The notes under the pieces are model-generated. The model was given only the letters and a program-made list of their open reading frames with translations, searched no databases and had not been told where the DNA came from. Both the position numbers and the translations under genes were made by a program. Shown here in pieces: positions 9,948 to 19,690 of a stretch of DNA of 64,000 bases (the first letter of the stretch is position 1; each line of letters opens with the position of its first letter). The DNA is taken from assembly GCA_016235455.1 (NCBI GenBank), contig JACRKZ010000032.1, forward strand, positions 1-64,000, written 5' to 3'. This stretch comes from Armatimonadota bacterium. Its GTDB lineage: Bacteria > Armatimonadota > UBA10988.

Positions 9948-10466
9948 ATGAGTTTCAAGCAGTTCCTGCCGATCCCTATCGGCATCGCGTTCCTGGCCGC
10001 CGCGTTGATGGTCATCGACCTGGCCAAGCCGCCGTTCCTGCTGACCTGGATCACCTTCCAGGCCTGGGCCATGTACTTCCTGGCCGGTTGCACGCTGCAG
10101 GGCGGCGCCAAGGTCATGCTCGGCTACCTGGGCGGCGCCGTGGCGTCGATGGCGATCATCCTGCTGGCCGGCGTGTTCGCGCCGTTGGGCCAACTGGCGC
10201 TGCCGGTCGCCGTGTTCATCGTGGTCATCTTCGTCATCTCGGCCGAACGCGTGCCGATGTTCGACTTCGTGCCGTCCTGGTTCGTGGGCGCGGGCGTGTT
10301 CTTCGGGCTGGTCACCCACTTCACGTTCCCCATCGGCACGTCGCTCATGGGCAAGTTCGGCCTGAGCACGGCCTATCTGATGGTCTCCTGCTTCGTGGGC
10401 ATGCTGTTCGGCATCGCCACGGTCTACGGGCGGACCAAGTACGAGGCCTCGCTGGCCACCGCGTAA
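9948..10466 (+). CDS. DUF1097-family membrane protein
   Basis: 172 aa, about 6 TM segments, TWITFQAWAMYFLAG and FVPSWFVG motifs. Confidence 0.75.
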   Translation: MSFKQFLPIPIGIAFLAAALMVIDLAKPPFLLTWITFQAWAMYFLAGCTLQGGAKVMLGYLGGAVASMAIILLAGVFAPLGQLALPVAVFIVVIFVISAERVPMFDFVPSWFVGAGVFFGLVTHFTFPIGTSLMGKFGLSTAYLMVSCFVGMLFGIATVYGRTKYEASLATA

Positions 10467-10478
10467 CACGCACTGCAA

Positions 10479-10516
10479 CGGATGACCCACGAGCGGCACA
10501 GCCCGTGGGTCATCCG
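10479..10516 (+). terminator. Hairpin after the DUF1097 gene
   Basis: CGGATGACCCACG / CGTGGGTCATCCG 13-bp perfect stem; no U-tract. Confidence 0.5.
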
Positions 10517-10546
10517 ATGCGGTCCGACCGATGCTACACTGGTCAC

Positions 10547-12727
10547 ATGACCAAGCTCCACGCACTCGTCCTCGGTCTGGCCGTGGCCGCCGCCGCGCTG
10601 GCCGCCGATCCAGCGCCGGCCGCCAGCGCGGCGCTGTACATCGACACCGACACCACGCTGTCGTCCAAGACCATGGGCTTCGGCTTCCAGTGGGACCCGA
10701 ACGACGTCTGGGACTACACCGACGCGCAGTGGGCGAGGGTCTATGAGCGCGTCGACTTCCTGCGGCCGCGGTTCGTGCGCGTCTGCACCGGCGGCGGCCA
10801 CTATTGCCGCGGCTTCAATGCCCAGGGCGAGCCAGTCTACACCTGGGACAGCGCGCCGTTCAAGCGCCTCCGACGCATCCTCGATTACTGCCAGGCGCAC
10901 GATGTCGAGGTGATGCTGGGCGAGTGGGGGCCGCCGTTTGGCATGGCGCAGGACGACCCGCGCTGGTCGCGCCTCATCGCCGACTGCCTCGATCATCTGG
11001 TCGTCGCGTGCGGCTACACCTGCATCCGCTACTACAACAAGATCAACGAGCCGCGCGGCGACTGGGCCAGATACCAGACCTGGCTCTCGGCGCAGCGCAG
11101 CCTCCACGACGAACTGCGCCGGCGCGGGCTGCTGGGCCGCGTGATCCTCGTCGGGCCAGACCACTCCGAAGGGACGGCAGCGCTCGACTGGGTCGACTTC
11201 ATGCTGCGCGACGGCGCGGAGCTGTTTGGCGCGTATGAGACCCACTGGTACGCGCGCAGTGACACCGAAGTCGTCGCCGGCCGCCTGGAGCCCGCCTTGC
11301 GCGGCGCGCGCGCCATGGTCGACCAGCGCGACCCCCAGGGCCGCGCCAAGCGCTTCTTCATGGGCGAGGCCGGCACGGCCGAATGGCTCAACGGGCGGGA
11401 CAGCAACCGCTACATCCGGGACTACGCCTACGGCGTCTACATGGCCGACTATGCGGCGCAGACCATGCGCGCCGGGCTTGACGGCGTCTCGGCCTGGATG
11501 CTCGACGACCCGATGCACCAGCAGCCCGGCAGCCACCCGCCCGGCGGCGTACCCAGCGGCGACCCCAAGGTCGACTTCGACTTCAAGGTATGGGGGATGT
11601 GGAACACCCTCGGCAGCGCCATGGGCACGCCAGAGGACGAAGCGCTGCGGCCCTGGTTCTACACCTGGTCGCTGGTCAGCCGGCTGTTCCCGCGCGGCGC
11701 GCGCACCGTGGCCTGCACCGACCCGCATCTGCCCGGCGTGCGCCTGGCCGCGGCGGTCATCCGTGGCCAGCGCGGCGATGACCTCAGCCTGATGCTGGTC
11801 AACGACACCGCCACGCCACGCGAACTGCGCGTGGTGCTGCCCAATGCGCGCGGCAGCGTGGCGCTGACCGAGTACCGCTACTTCGAAGGCCAGCGCCCAG
11901 TCGATGCCAAGGGTTTCCCGGTGCCCGCGGGCACGCGCCGCGAGGTGCGGCTGGCCGCCGGCGAGACTATCAGCCTGCCGGGGCAAGGCGTGGTCTTCCT
12001 GACCACGCTCGACCAGCCCAAGGCCCTGGCGCTGGGCAGCGGCGCTGTGCCGCCGGTGACCTGGATCGGGCTGACCAACCCCTGCCAGACCGTGCCCGTG
12101 GGCGGCAGCCTGCAACTGACCGCCGACACCGACCCGCGCGGCCGGCCGATGCGCTGGACGGTGACCGACACCAAGGGCCTGCCGACGAGCCTGGCCACCA
12201 TCGACGCCGGCGGCATCATCCACGCCAAAGGCCTGGGCCGCGTGCGCGTGGTGGCCAGCGCGGGCGCGGTTTCGGCATCGCTCGAACTCGACCTGGCCCG
12301 CGACCGCGTCCTCACCGACCCGTTGGACGACTGGCACCTGACCCACTCGCATGGCGGCGGGCTGGTCTTCGACACCATCAACAACCAGCTCTTTGACGGC
12401 GATCCCTCGCGCGTCAAGCGCAACACCGACGTCCCACTGACCGTGGTCTACCACTACCCCGGCCTGACCGACTTCGTGGCGCGCGTGTATGTGGTGGGCG
12501 AACTGGGCAACAAGCTGACCGTCGCGGCCTCGGCCGACGGCACCACCTGGGCCGAGGTGCCGGTGACCGCCGAGCCGCTCGTGCCGACGGGCAGCGGCTT
12601 CGCGCGCACCACGCTGCGGCCGGCGCGGCTGCCGGCAGGGACCAACTACCTGCGCTTTGAGCTGGCCAACGACACGGTGGTCTGGTCACCGCAGTTGGCC
12701 GAGGTGAAGCTGGTGGCAGCGCGGTGA
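10547..12727 (+). CDS. Secreted clan GH-A glycoside hydrolase-like protein (GH30/GH39-like) with Ig-like and galactose-binding-like C-terminal domains
   Basis: Signal peptide MTKLHALVLGLAVAAAALA; INEP acid/base and FFMGEAG nucleophile-like motifs; Big_2-like LATIDAGG segment. Confidence 0.65.
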   Translation: MTKLHALVLGLAVAAAALAADPAPAASAALYIDTDTTLSSKTMGFGFQWDPNDVWDYTDAQWARVYERVDFLRPRFVRVCTGGGHYCRGFNAQGEPVYTWDSAPFKRLRRILDYCQAHDVEVMLGEWGPPFGMAQDDPRWSRLIADCLDHLVVACGYTCIRYYNKINEPRGDWARYQTWLSAQRSLHDELRRRGLLGRVILVGPDHSEGTAALDWVDFMLRDGAELFGAYETHWYARSDTEVVAGRLEPALRGARAMVDQRDPQGRAKRFFMGEAGTAEWLNGRDSNRYIRDYAYGVYMADYAAQTMRAGLDGVSAWMLDDPMHQQPGSHPPGGVPSGDPKVDFDFKVWGMWNTLGSAMGTPEDEALRPWFYTWSLVSRLFPRGARTVACTDPHLPGVRLAAAVIRGQRGDDLSLMLVNDTATPRELRVVLPNARGSVALTEYRYFEGQRPVDAKGFPVPAGTRREVRLAAGETISLPGQGVVFLTTLDQPKALALGSGAVPPVTWIGLTNPCQTVPVGGSLQLTADTDPRGRPMRWTVTDTKGLPTSLATIDAGGIIHAKGLGRVRVVASAGAVSASLELDLARDRVLTDPLDDWHLTHSHGGGLVFDTINNQLFDGDPSRVKRNTDVPLTVVYHYPGLTDFVARVYVVGELGNKLTVAASADGTTWAEVPVTAEPLVPTGSGFARTTLRPARLPAGTNYLRFELANDTVVWSPQLAEVKLVAAR

Positions 12728-14656
12728 TTACCGGGCCGACACCACCCGACCCGATTGCGGCGCCATCTCCAGCGTCACCCGGCCGTCCGCGGCCGCCACG
12801 GTGCCATGACCCACATCGTTCAGCGCGCCCGCCAGGTCGGTGGCGACCGTCGCCTCCGCCGGGCTGGCGCCGGGATTGACCACGACCAGGCCCCGCTCGA
12901 ACCGCCGCACCGTCACGCCGCCCACGCGCTCGGCCGGGCCGTGCGGCGCACCCAGCCGCACCGCTGCCAGCTCGATGCTGAGGGGGCGCGTCTCGGCGCG
13001 TTCGTCCAGCGACAGGTTGTCAGCCCAGGCGCAGCCCGCCAGCCTGGCACTGGCGTAGGCGTACAGCGCGGCGTCGGCCACGCGGTCGAGCGGCTGCTTG
13101 CCCAACGCGGTCAGCACAATGGGCACCTTACCCGCGCGCACGGCGTCGGCCTGGCGCAGGCGCAGCCAGTTGAGCTCGGCCCAGGTCGCGGTCGCCTCGG
13201 CCGAATCGTAGCCGAAGGGCCGGCCCTCCAGCATCTGCGCGTCGCAGTAGCGCCAGTGGTCGCCCATGATGCCCGTCACGGTGTTCTGCACCACGATGCG
13301 TTGCGGGTCATAGGCCTTGACCAGCCGGTAGATGTCGGCCTGCAGCTGCTCCCAGGCGGCGGTGTTGGTGAGCGCCGGAACGGGATGATGATGCTTGCCG
13401 TGGCACTCGGGCGTGGGGCCGGCCAGGTCGATGAACACACCGTCGAAGCCCAGTTCGAGGAGCATCTTCACCTGCCGCAGCGCCGCCTCGCGCAGGCCGG
13501 GCTGGTGCAGGCAGGTATTCAGCAGACCGGGATGGCCATGCTCTTTGCCCCAGGCATCCCGCTGCGGCTGGCCGTCGGCATCGAGGCAGATCCAGTCGGG
13601 ATGATCGCGCAGGTCGCGCGTCTCGTGGTCGATCGACTCGGTCCACTCGCTGTAGACCTGCCCGCCGCCGGCCACCTGCCGCGCGGTGTCCAGCAGGCAG
13701 GTGTAGGTCACGTAGTGCAGCACCTTGATGCCGGCGCGGTGGCAGCGGTCCAGCGCGGCCTTGTCCGGCGTGCTGCCCAGGATCAGCGGGTAGCGCGCCA
13801 ACGTCGACATGACGACGGTGTCGGTCCACTGCGCGGCCGGCCGGTAGTAGAGCTGGTACTGCTCGACCGAGCGCAGCCAGTCGGGCGCGGGCTGACCGTA
13901 GTCGACCGGTGGGCCGGTAGGCACGACGGGCAACCCATGCGCCTCGGCGGCCGCGGCGCAAGCGCGCGCGCCATCCGCCTCGTCGACGATGGCCAGGCCG
14001 AAGCTGGCGTCGTGCGAGTCGCCTCGGCCGACCTGCACCGAGCGCGGCAGCGCTTGGATGAAGCAGCCGACCTCGGCCGCCTGGGTGGCGCCGTGGCCCC
14101 AGGTGTTGGTCGGCAGCAGCGCCAGCCCGGCGCCGCCGTGGGGCAGCCAGAGCCAGTCGCGCGCGGGCAGCGTCTCCCAGTGGGCGCGGTCGAACGGTGT
14201 CTCAGCCGCCTCGGGCGAGGCAAAGCGGTCGGTCGCCCAATCGCACGACCAGTAGTAGTAGTCATCGCCCGGCTCGCCCAGCCGCCGCAGCCGACTGACC
14301 ACAAACACCGCCGGCACGTCGCGCTGGACGGTGGCCTCCAACTCCAGCCGCCGGTCGCCCGCCACGGCGAAGCTCAGCGCAGCGCTGGCGCGCTCGGGCC
14401 CGTTGGTCAGCGCAGGCGGCTCGGCGCATGGTTGCGGGGTGGCCCAGCCTTTGCCTTGCAGGATGGACAGGCGCAGCCGCGCGACTCGGTCGCCGCGCCG
14501 CAACTCAAGGCCAGCATCGGCGTGTCCAACCGTCAGCACCTGCTGACCGCAGACCACCATGGCATCGCCGTTGGCAGCGGCCGTCGCGCTGGGCGCCTGG
14601 GCCGACAGCGCCGACACCCATAGGAGCAGGAGCAGACTGCCCTGCCGCACAGCCAT
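12728..14656 (-). CDS. Secreted putative glycoside hydrolase (GHL15-like TIM barrel), paralog A
   Basis: Signal peptide; GIKVLHY, HPDW, GFDGVFID, MLE motifs and C-terminal RRFERGLVVVNP; ATG overlaps the upstream TGA. Confidence 0.6.
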   Translation of the reverse strand: MAVRQGSLLLLLWVSALSAQAPSATAAANGDAMVVCGQQVLTVGHADAGLELRRGDRVARLRLSILQGKGWATPQPCAEPPALTNGPERASAALSFAVAGDRRLELEATVQRDVPAVFVVSRLRRLGEPGDDYYYWSCDWATDRFASPEAAETPFDRAHWETLPARDWLWLPHGGAGLALLPTNTWGHGATQAAEVGCFIQALPRSVQVGRGDSHDASFGLAIVDEADGARACAAAAEAHGLPVVPTGPPVDYGQPAPDWLRSVEQYQLYYRPAAQWTDTVVMSTLARYPLILGSTPDKAALDRCHRAGIKVLHYVTYTCLLDTARQVAGGGQVYSEWTESIDHETRDLRDHPDWICLDADGQPQRDAWGKEHGHPGLLNTCLHQPGLREAALRQVKMLLELGFDGVFIDLAGPTPECHGKHHHPVPALTNTAAWEQLQADIYRLVKAYDPQRIVVQNTVTGIMGDHWRYCDAQMLEGRPFGYDSAEATATWAELNWLRLRQADAVRAGKVPIVLTALGKQPLDRVADAALYAYASARLAGCAWADNLSLDERAETRPLSIELAAVRLGAPHGPAERVGGVTVRRFERGLVVVNPGASPAEATVATDLAGALNDVGHGTVAAADGRVTLEMAPQSGRVVSAR

Positions 14657-15579
14657 CACGGCTGCGCCACCTGATAGACCCGCGCGTAGTCGACCTCATA
14701 GACGAACGGCGCCTTGGCCGGCGAGGGATCGCCGCCCGGCCCGCCGAGCGCCAGATTGAGGATGAGCGCGTGCTTCTCGGTAAACGGGTGCACCACGGTG
14801 GCGAAGTCGACCCGGGGGTTGGTGGCGACCTCGTGGGTCACCTCGTTGAGCAGCTCGTAGTCGCAGAAGATCTGCGTCCTCTCGGCCGAGCCGACCAGCT
14901 TCCACACATGGAACTTGGCCAGCCAGTCGGGGTCCTTGCCCACGAAGTAGCTGATCTTGGGTTTGTTCTTGTCGGGCTGGTTGGGGCTGTCGTAGCTGTG
15001 CCAGTGGGCGCCCCACCGTTGTGTGGTGCCCCAGGCGAAGTTGGCCAGCACGCGCCCGCCGTAGCATTCCATCAGGTCGACCTCGCCGCCATGCGGCCAG
15101 ATGCCCGGGCCCGTGGTCCAGATGGCAGGGAAGTAGCCTGGCTGCGGGGTCAGCCGCGCACGCACGGTGATGATGCTGGTCGAGAGCTGCCAGTCGAACT
15201 TGCCCCAGGTGTTGAGCGACGACGAGGTGTATTCGGCGAACTGCCGTGACCGCTTCCAGTCGTTCGACTTGGGGTCGTAGTTGGGGTTCGGCACGCGCTC
15301 GCGCCGGCCCTCGATGACCAGCAGGCCGTCGCGGCAGACGGCGTTGTCGGCCTGGTACCACTGGGCCTCGTTGTTGCGACAGAAGCCCTTCTCGAAGTTC
15401 CACTTGGCGGCATCGGGCGGGCCGTTGCGGTCGAACTCGTCGTTCCATACCAGGCGGTAACCCGGTATGGCCTCGACGGTGACCTCGGGCCGGAAGGCTG
15501 GGCCATCGGGCGTGGCCGGCTGACACCGGCCGGCCGACACGGAGAGGCAGAGCACTAACGCGGGCAGCAGCTTGGTCAT
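14656..15579 (-). CDS. Glycoside hydrolase family 16
   Basis: LVWNDEF, NNEAQWY, PAIW, catalytic GEVDLME, FHVW, LILNLALGG, VDYARVYQ. Confidence 0.9.
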   Translation of the reverse strand: MTKLLPALVLCLSVSAGRCQPATPDGPAFRPEVTVEAIPGYRLVWNDEFDRNGPPDAAKWNFEKGFCRNNEAQWYQADNAVCRDGLLVIEGRRERVPNPNYDPKSNDWKRSRQFAEYTSSSLNTWGKFDWQLSTSIITVRARLTPQPGYFPAIWTTGPGIWPHGGEVDLMECYGGRVLANFAWGTTQRWGAHWHSYDSPNQPDKNKPKISYFVGKDPDWLAKFHVWKLVGSAERTQIFCDYELLNEVTHEVATNPRVDFATVVHPFTEKHALILNLALGGPGGDPSPAKAPFVYEVDYARVYQVAQP

Positions 15580-15646
15580 GGTCGTCCTCACTCGTTGCGG
15601 CCTGGGTTCGCCCGGCTCAGTGCGGATCCTTCGCCAGCGCGCCGGT

Positions 15647-17620
15647 CTAGCGTCCAGGCTGAGCTGGCGGCGCGACCCGATGCGCACTGGGCGCCCGCTC
15701 GCGCCGCAGGTACAGCACCCGACCCGACCACGGCGCCATGGTGAGCGTCACGCGGGTGCCCACGGGCGTCACCGGCCCATGGCCCAGGTCGACATACGGC
15801 CCTTGCACTGGGAAGGGCAGCGTCAGCTCAAACGGCTGGTCGGACGGGTTCAGCAGCACGATCCCGCCCTGAAAGCGCCGGAGCCGCACCGGCCCGACCG
15901 TCGCCATGGCGCCGAATGTGTACTCCATGCGCAGGTCGGCCAGTTGCGCGCTCAGCGCGCGCGCATCGTCGCGGGCATCGAGGCTGAGGCTGTCGGCCCA
16001 GGGGAAGCCCGACAGCCGCGACCAGGCATAGGAGAACAGCGCGGCGTCGGTGATCCGCTCGGTCGGGACCTTGGCCAGGTTGCTGACCACCATGACCGCC
16101 TTGTCGCTGCCCCACACGCCGGCACGCGCGCGAGTCAGGTGGTCGAGCTCGGTAAACGGATAGGCCAGATCGGCGGACTCAGCGCCGTAGGGCCGATCCT
16201 CGACCAACTGCGCATCGCAGATGGGCCAACGGCTGTCGACCACACCGAGGCCGTGGTGCAGCACCACGACCTTGTCCGACGTCGAGCGCTTGGCCGCGGA
16301 GTAGACACGATCCAGCACGATCTGCCACTGGAACGCGTTGCTGACCGCCGCCAACTCGTGCCGGTGCCGACCCAGCCGCGCGCCGTAGCAGTCGGGGACA
16401 GGACCGGCGCGGTCAACGACGATGCCGTCGAAACCCAGCGCCATGAGATCGCGCACCTGCTGCTCAGCCGCGTTGACCAGATCCGGTTGGTGCAGGCAGG
16501 CGTAGTAGCCGCCCGGCTGGCCATGCGCCTTGCCCCACTCGTCGACCCGCGGCTGGCCGCGTTCATCGAGGCACAGCCAGGCGGGATGGCCCGCGCGGTC
16601 GAGCGACTGGCACCCGGTCGGCGAATCGGAGACGCGCGCGGGGTCGAACAGGACCGCATACGACACGCGGCACAGCACCCGCGCGCCGACGGTGTGGCAG
16701 CGGTCGATCAGCGCCTTGTCCCCGGCGTTGGCGATGACCAGCTCGTAGCGGCCGAGCTTGCCCCGAACCACCTCGTCGGTCCAATCGGCCGCGGGGCGGT
16801 AGTAGACGTTGAACTGCTCCAGCAGACGCATCCAGATGGGCGCCTCGGCGCCGAATCCGCGCGGACCTGTGGTGACCAGGACATCCCGCACACGCCGCAC
16901 GGCGGTGGCGACATCGGTCATGGCCTCGGGGCGGTCGGCGAAGGTCACGGCGAACGATGCGCCCAGCGCATCCCCCGGCCCCAGCAGCGCGGCGCGCGGC
17001 AGTGCCGACAGGTAGAAGCCCACCCGCGCCGCCTCGCTCGCGCCATGGCCCCACAGGTTGGTCGGCAGCACGCCGAGCCCGCCCTTGTCGCCCGGCAGCC
17101 AGAGCCACTCGCGGTGCGGCAGCGACTCCGCCTTGGCGCGGTCGAACAGCGTCTCGCTCGGCCCGCCGACGCCGGGCCAGACATAGCGGTCCGCGGCCCA
17201 ATCGCACGACCAGGCGAAGGACTCAGTGGAGATGTCGCCCTTCAGGCGGCGCAGCGAACTGGTGACATGCACGATGGGCTCGGACCGCCGCGCCATGAGG
17301 CCGACAGTCATCTCGCGCTCGCGGTCCAGCGGGTAAGTCACCTCCACCGACAGCGCGTCGGGGCCGTTGGTGATCTTCGGCGGCCTCGACTGCGCCGGCC
17401 TGGCCCAGCCACCGCCCTGAGCGATGGCCAGCGACCAACGCGCGCACTGCTCGCCGCGACGCAACTCCAGGCTGGCGTCGGCCAGGCTGATGACCATCGA
17501 CAGTTCACCAACCCGCAGGCCGCTACCGCCCGGCGGCGCCAGGACGGCCGTCGTCTGGGCCGTCAGAGCACGCCCGGTGAGCAACAGCCCGAGAAGCAAC
17601 CACGCGGCGCGAGTTGCCAT
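15647..17620 (-). CDS. Secreted putative glycoside hydrolase (GHL15-like), paralog B
   Basis: Colinear similarity to 12728..14656 (WSCDWA, LPTNxWGHGA, YYRPAA, GFDGIVVD, RRFQGGIVLLNP). Confidence 0.6.
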   Translation of the reverse strand: MATRAAWLLLGLLLTGRALTAQTTAVLAPPGGSGLRVGELSMVISLADASLELRRGEQCARWSLAIAQGGGWARPAQSRPPKITNGPDALSVEVTYPLDREREMTVGLMARRSEPIVHVTSSLRRLKGDISTESFAWSCDWAADRYVWPGVGGPSETLFDRAKAESLPHREWLWLPGDKGGLGVLPTNLWGHGASEAARVGFYLSALPRAALLGPGDALGASFAVTFADRPEAMTDVATAVRRVRDVLVTTGPRGFGAEAPIWMRLLEQFNVYYRPAADWTDEVVRGKLGRYELVIANAGDKALIDRCHTVGARVLCRVSYAVLFDPARVSDSPTGCQSLDRAGHPAWLCLDERGQPRVDEWGKAHGQPGGYYACLHQPDLVNAAEQQVRDLMALGFDGIVVDRAGPVPDCYGARLGRHRHELAAVSNAFQWQIVLDRVYSAAKRSTSDKVVVLHHGLGVVDSRWPICDAQLVEDRPYGAESADLAYPFTELDHLTRARAGVWGSDKAVMVVSNLAKVPTERITDAALFSYAWSRLSGFPWADSLSLDARDDARALSAQLADLRMEYTFGAMATVGPVRLRRFQGGIVLLNPSDQPFELTLPFPVQGPYVDLGHGPVTPVGTRVTLTMAPWSGRVLYLRRERAPSAHRVAPPAQPGR

Positions 17621-17640
17621 GGTGTCCCCCCTGCTCTTAG

Positions 17641-18648
17641 CTACTTCTCGGCCGGCTTGGGCTCGGCCAGCGGCACCAGCACCCAGCGGCTCTCACCATC
17701 GGTGCCGTTCTGGATGCGCGCGCCGCGAATACGCAGAGTGGCCGGCTTGTCGTCGGGCCCCAGCGCAAAGAACAGCCGCACTGCGCGCTCAGCACCTGCC
17801 GCCAGCGGCATGTCCATCACCTTGCCGGCCTTGGCCATGACCAGCGTGACCTTGTCCACCTCGGTCTCGTCTTCCAGCACCAGCACCGCATCGAGCGCGG
17901 CCCAGCTGATCTGCAGCGGCGCGGCCACATCGTTGCGCAGCGTGATGGTCACCGCATGCCAGACCTTGCCTTCGTCGAGTTGCACGTCGGCGATCTGGTC
18001 GGTGGCGCGCGCGCTGGCATCGACGCGCACGCTCAGGTTGCCGATGACCGCCCACTCGGCCAGCTTGGCCGCCAACTGCGGCAGTGGCGTCAGCCCGGTC
18101 TCGTCCTTGGGGTCGGCCCAACCAGCCGGCAGCTTGCCGATCTTGCCCGCCACGGCGTAGCGGATGACCGGGTCCGCGTCGTCGTTGGGCAGAATGATGA
18201 GCTTGGCGATACTCACCTTGGCCGGTAGCGGAATGACCGCATAGCAGCGGATCTTCTGCGCCGGCTTGAGCTGCATGGAGACGATCTCGCCCGTGTCCTG
18301 CTTGGCGTAGTCGCCCGAGTACTCATGGTTGTTCTGCTCGGTGTCCACGGCGGTCATGCGGATCGAGTCGAAGCGGAACAGCCACTCCACCTTCTGCGCG
18401 TTCTGCACGGCGAAGTAGACCCGTAGCAGCTTCTCCTCGGCGCCGCAGGGCCGCGCGTTCTCACCCAGGCGCACCGGGCTGAGCGTGTAGTCGACCTTCT
18501 CGAGCGTGAACTGCAGCGGGTACTCGCGATTGATGGCATACGGCTTGCCGAACTCGCCGTCCGGGCCAGGTCGCTGGTCGACCTGGGCAGCCACAAAGGA
18601 CACCGGCAGCAAGGCCAGGAGCAGTAGCGGCAGCAGCTTGGCGGACAT
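17641..18648 (-). CDS. Secreted hypothetical protein with two DUF4352-like Ig-fold domains
   Basis: GGAGGT RBS, signal peptide; two segments with V-x-N...L-x-(P/A)-x-(Q/A) patterns. Confidence 0.6.
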   Translation of the reverse strand: MSAKLLPLLLLALLPVSFVAAQVDQRPGPDGEFGKPYAINREYPLQFTLEKVDYTLSPVRLGENARPCGAEEKLLRVYFAVQNAQKVEWLFRFDSIRMTAVDTEQNNHEYSGDYAKQDTGEIVSMQLKPAQKIRCYAVIPLPAKVSIAKLIILPNDDADPVIRYAVAGKIGKLPAGWADPKDETGLTPLPQLAAKLAEWAVIGNLSVRVDASARATDQIADVQLDEGKVWHAVTITLRNDVAAPLQISWAALDAVLVLEDETEVDKVTLVMAKAGKVMDMPLAAGAERAVRLFFALGPDDKPATLRIRGARIQNGTDGESRWVLVPLAEPKPAEK

Positions 18649-18681
18649 GGACACCTCCCCAGTGAGCACTGCCCAAACGTA

Positions 18682-18718
18682 ACAGGCGGCCGCCCCGAGT
18701 TCAAGGGCCGCCGCCTGT
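18682..18718 (-). terminator. Rho-independent terminator
   Basis: ACAGGCGGC/GCCGCCTGT stem followed by TACGTTT on the minus strand, just downstream of 18740..19387. Confidence 0.55.
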
Positions 18719-18739
18719 CCGTTCGAGCTGAACCGTCGG

Positions 18740-19387
18740 CTAGTTGGCCGGTCGCGGCTGCGGCTCGGGCATCTTGATCGCCACGGTGGCGACCTTGGTG
18801 GCCTCGACATACTGAGCCAAGGTGCGGTTGCCCTGCGCGATGACTTCCCAGTTCTTGGCGCTCGCGGCCTTCATGATCTGCGCCTGGGCGGCGATGGTGA
18901 CCGCGTAGGTCCGGTCGCCGGCCTTGACCTTGAGCTTGTTGCCCTCCACGGCGATGATCTTGCCGATGATCGGCTTGGGGGCGTCGGCTCCCTGGCCCTG
19001 CGGCCCGCGCATCATGCCCACGCGGAAGGCCAGCGCCTTGATCATGGCTTCGGCGTTGGGATTCTCGGCGCTCTCCTTGGCAAAGGCCAGGCTGCGCGTC
19101 TCAAACGCTTCGCCCGCGGCCACCGGCGCCACGGCGACCAGCGCCTCGACCTCGATCGCTGCGGCCTCGACGCGGGTCACCACGCCAAACCGGGTGTCGC
19201 CGGTCAGCTTGAGCTCGGTGGTAGTGGGGTTCTGGCCCCGGCCCTTGACGGTCAGCGCCGTGGCGCTGATGGCGTCTGCCGTGCCATACGCAAAAGCCGG
19301 CTTGGCGTCTTGGGCACGCACCGGCGCGCTGTGCAGCAGCGCCGCACAGGCCGCGGCGCCGGCAAACAACATGGCTCGTCGCTTCAT
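18740..19387 (-). CDS. Secreted hypothetical protein (DUF5666-like OB repeats)
   Basis: GGAG RBS, signal peptide; repeated G-x-I-x-A-(V/I)...L-x-VK beta pattern. Confidence 0.6.
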   Translation of the reverse strand: MKRRAMLFAGAAACAALLHSAPVRAQDAKPAFAYGTADAISATALTVKGRGQNPTTTELKLTGDTRFGVVTRVEAAAIEVEALVAVAPVAAGEAFETRSLAFAKESAENPNAEAMIKALAFRVGMMRGPQGQGADAPKPIIGKIIAVEGNKLKVKAGDRTYAVTIAAQAQIMKAASAKNWEVIAQGNRTLAQYVEATKVATVAIKMPEPQPRPAN

Positions 19388-19690
19388 CGTTCTCTCCCTC
19401 GGTGGTCGTTACGCGCGTCGGCGGCGAAACGTACGACTGGAGCCGATGCGTTGACCAGATTGAAGGTTCGACGCCGCGTGGGCGACACCTGTTGCCCCGG
19501 CGCAGCCGCCGATGAGTCGGTGCGCATATCGTGGGACGAGAGGCCAACGCCACCGCCGGCCGCCCTGCGGCGGATTGGCCATGGCGGCTGGTCGAACTCG
19601 CTCTCGTGGCCCTCGATGACCCCGACCGCGAACCGCCGCAGCGGCACGACGCACAAGCGACATGGGTCTATACTGTCTGGCGAGGATGCC

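Noticed and set aside
15572-18160. Very long opposite-strand or alternate-frame ORFs (e.g. 862 aa here, 826 aa at 47023, 773 aa at 57913)
   Set aside because: Shadow ORFs expected at ~70% GC; they overlap well-supported genes and have no motifs
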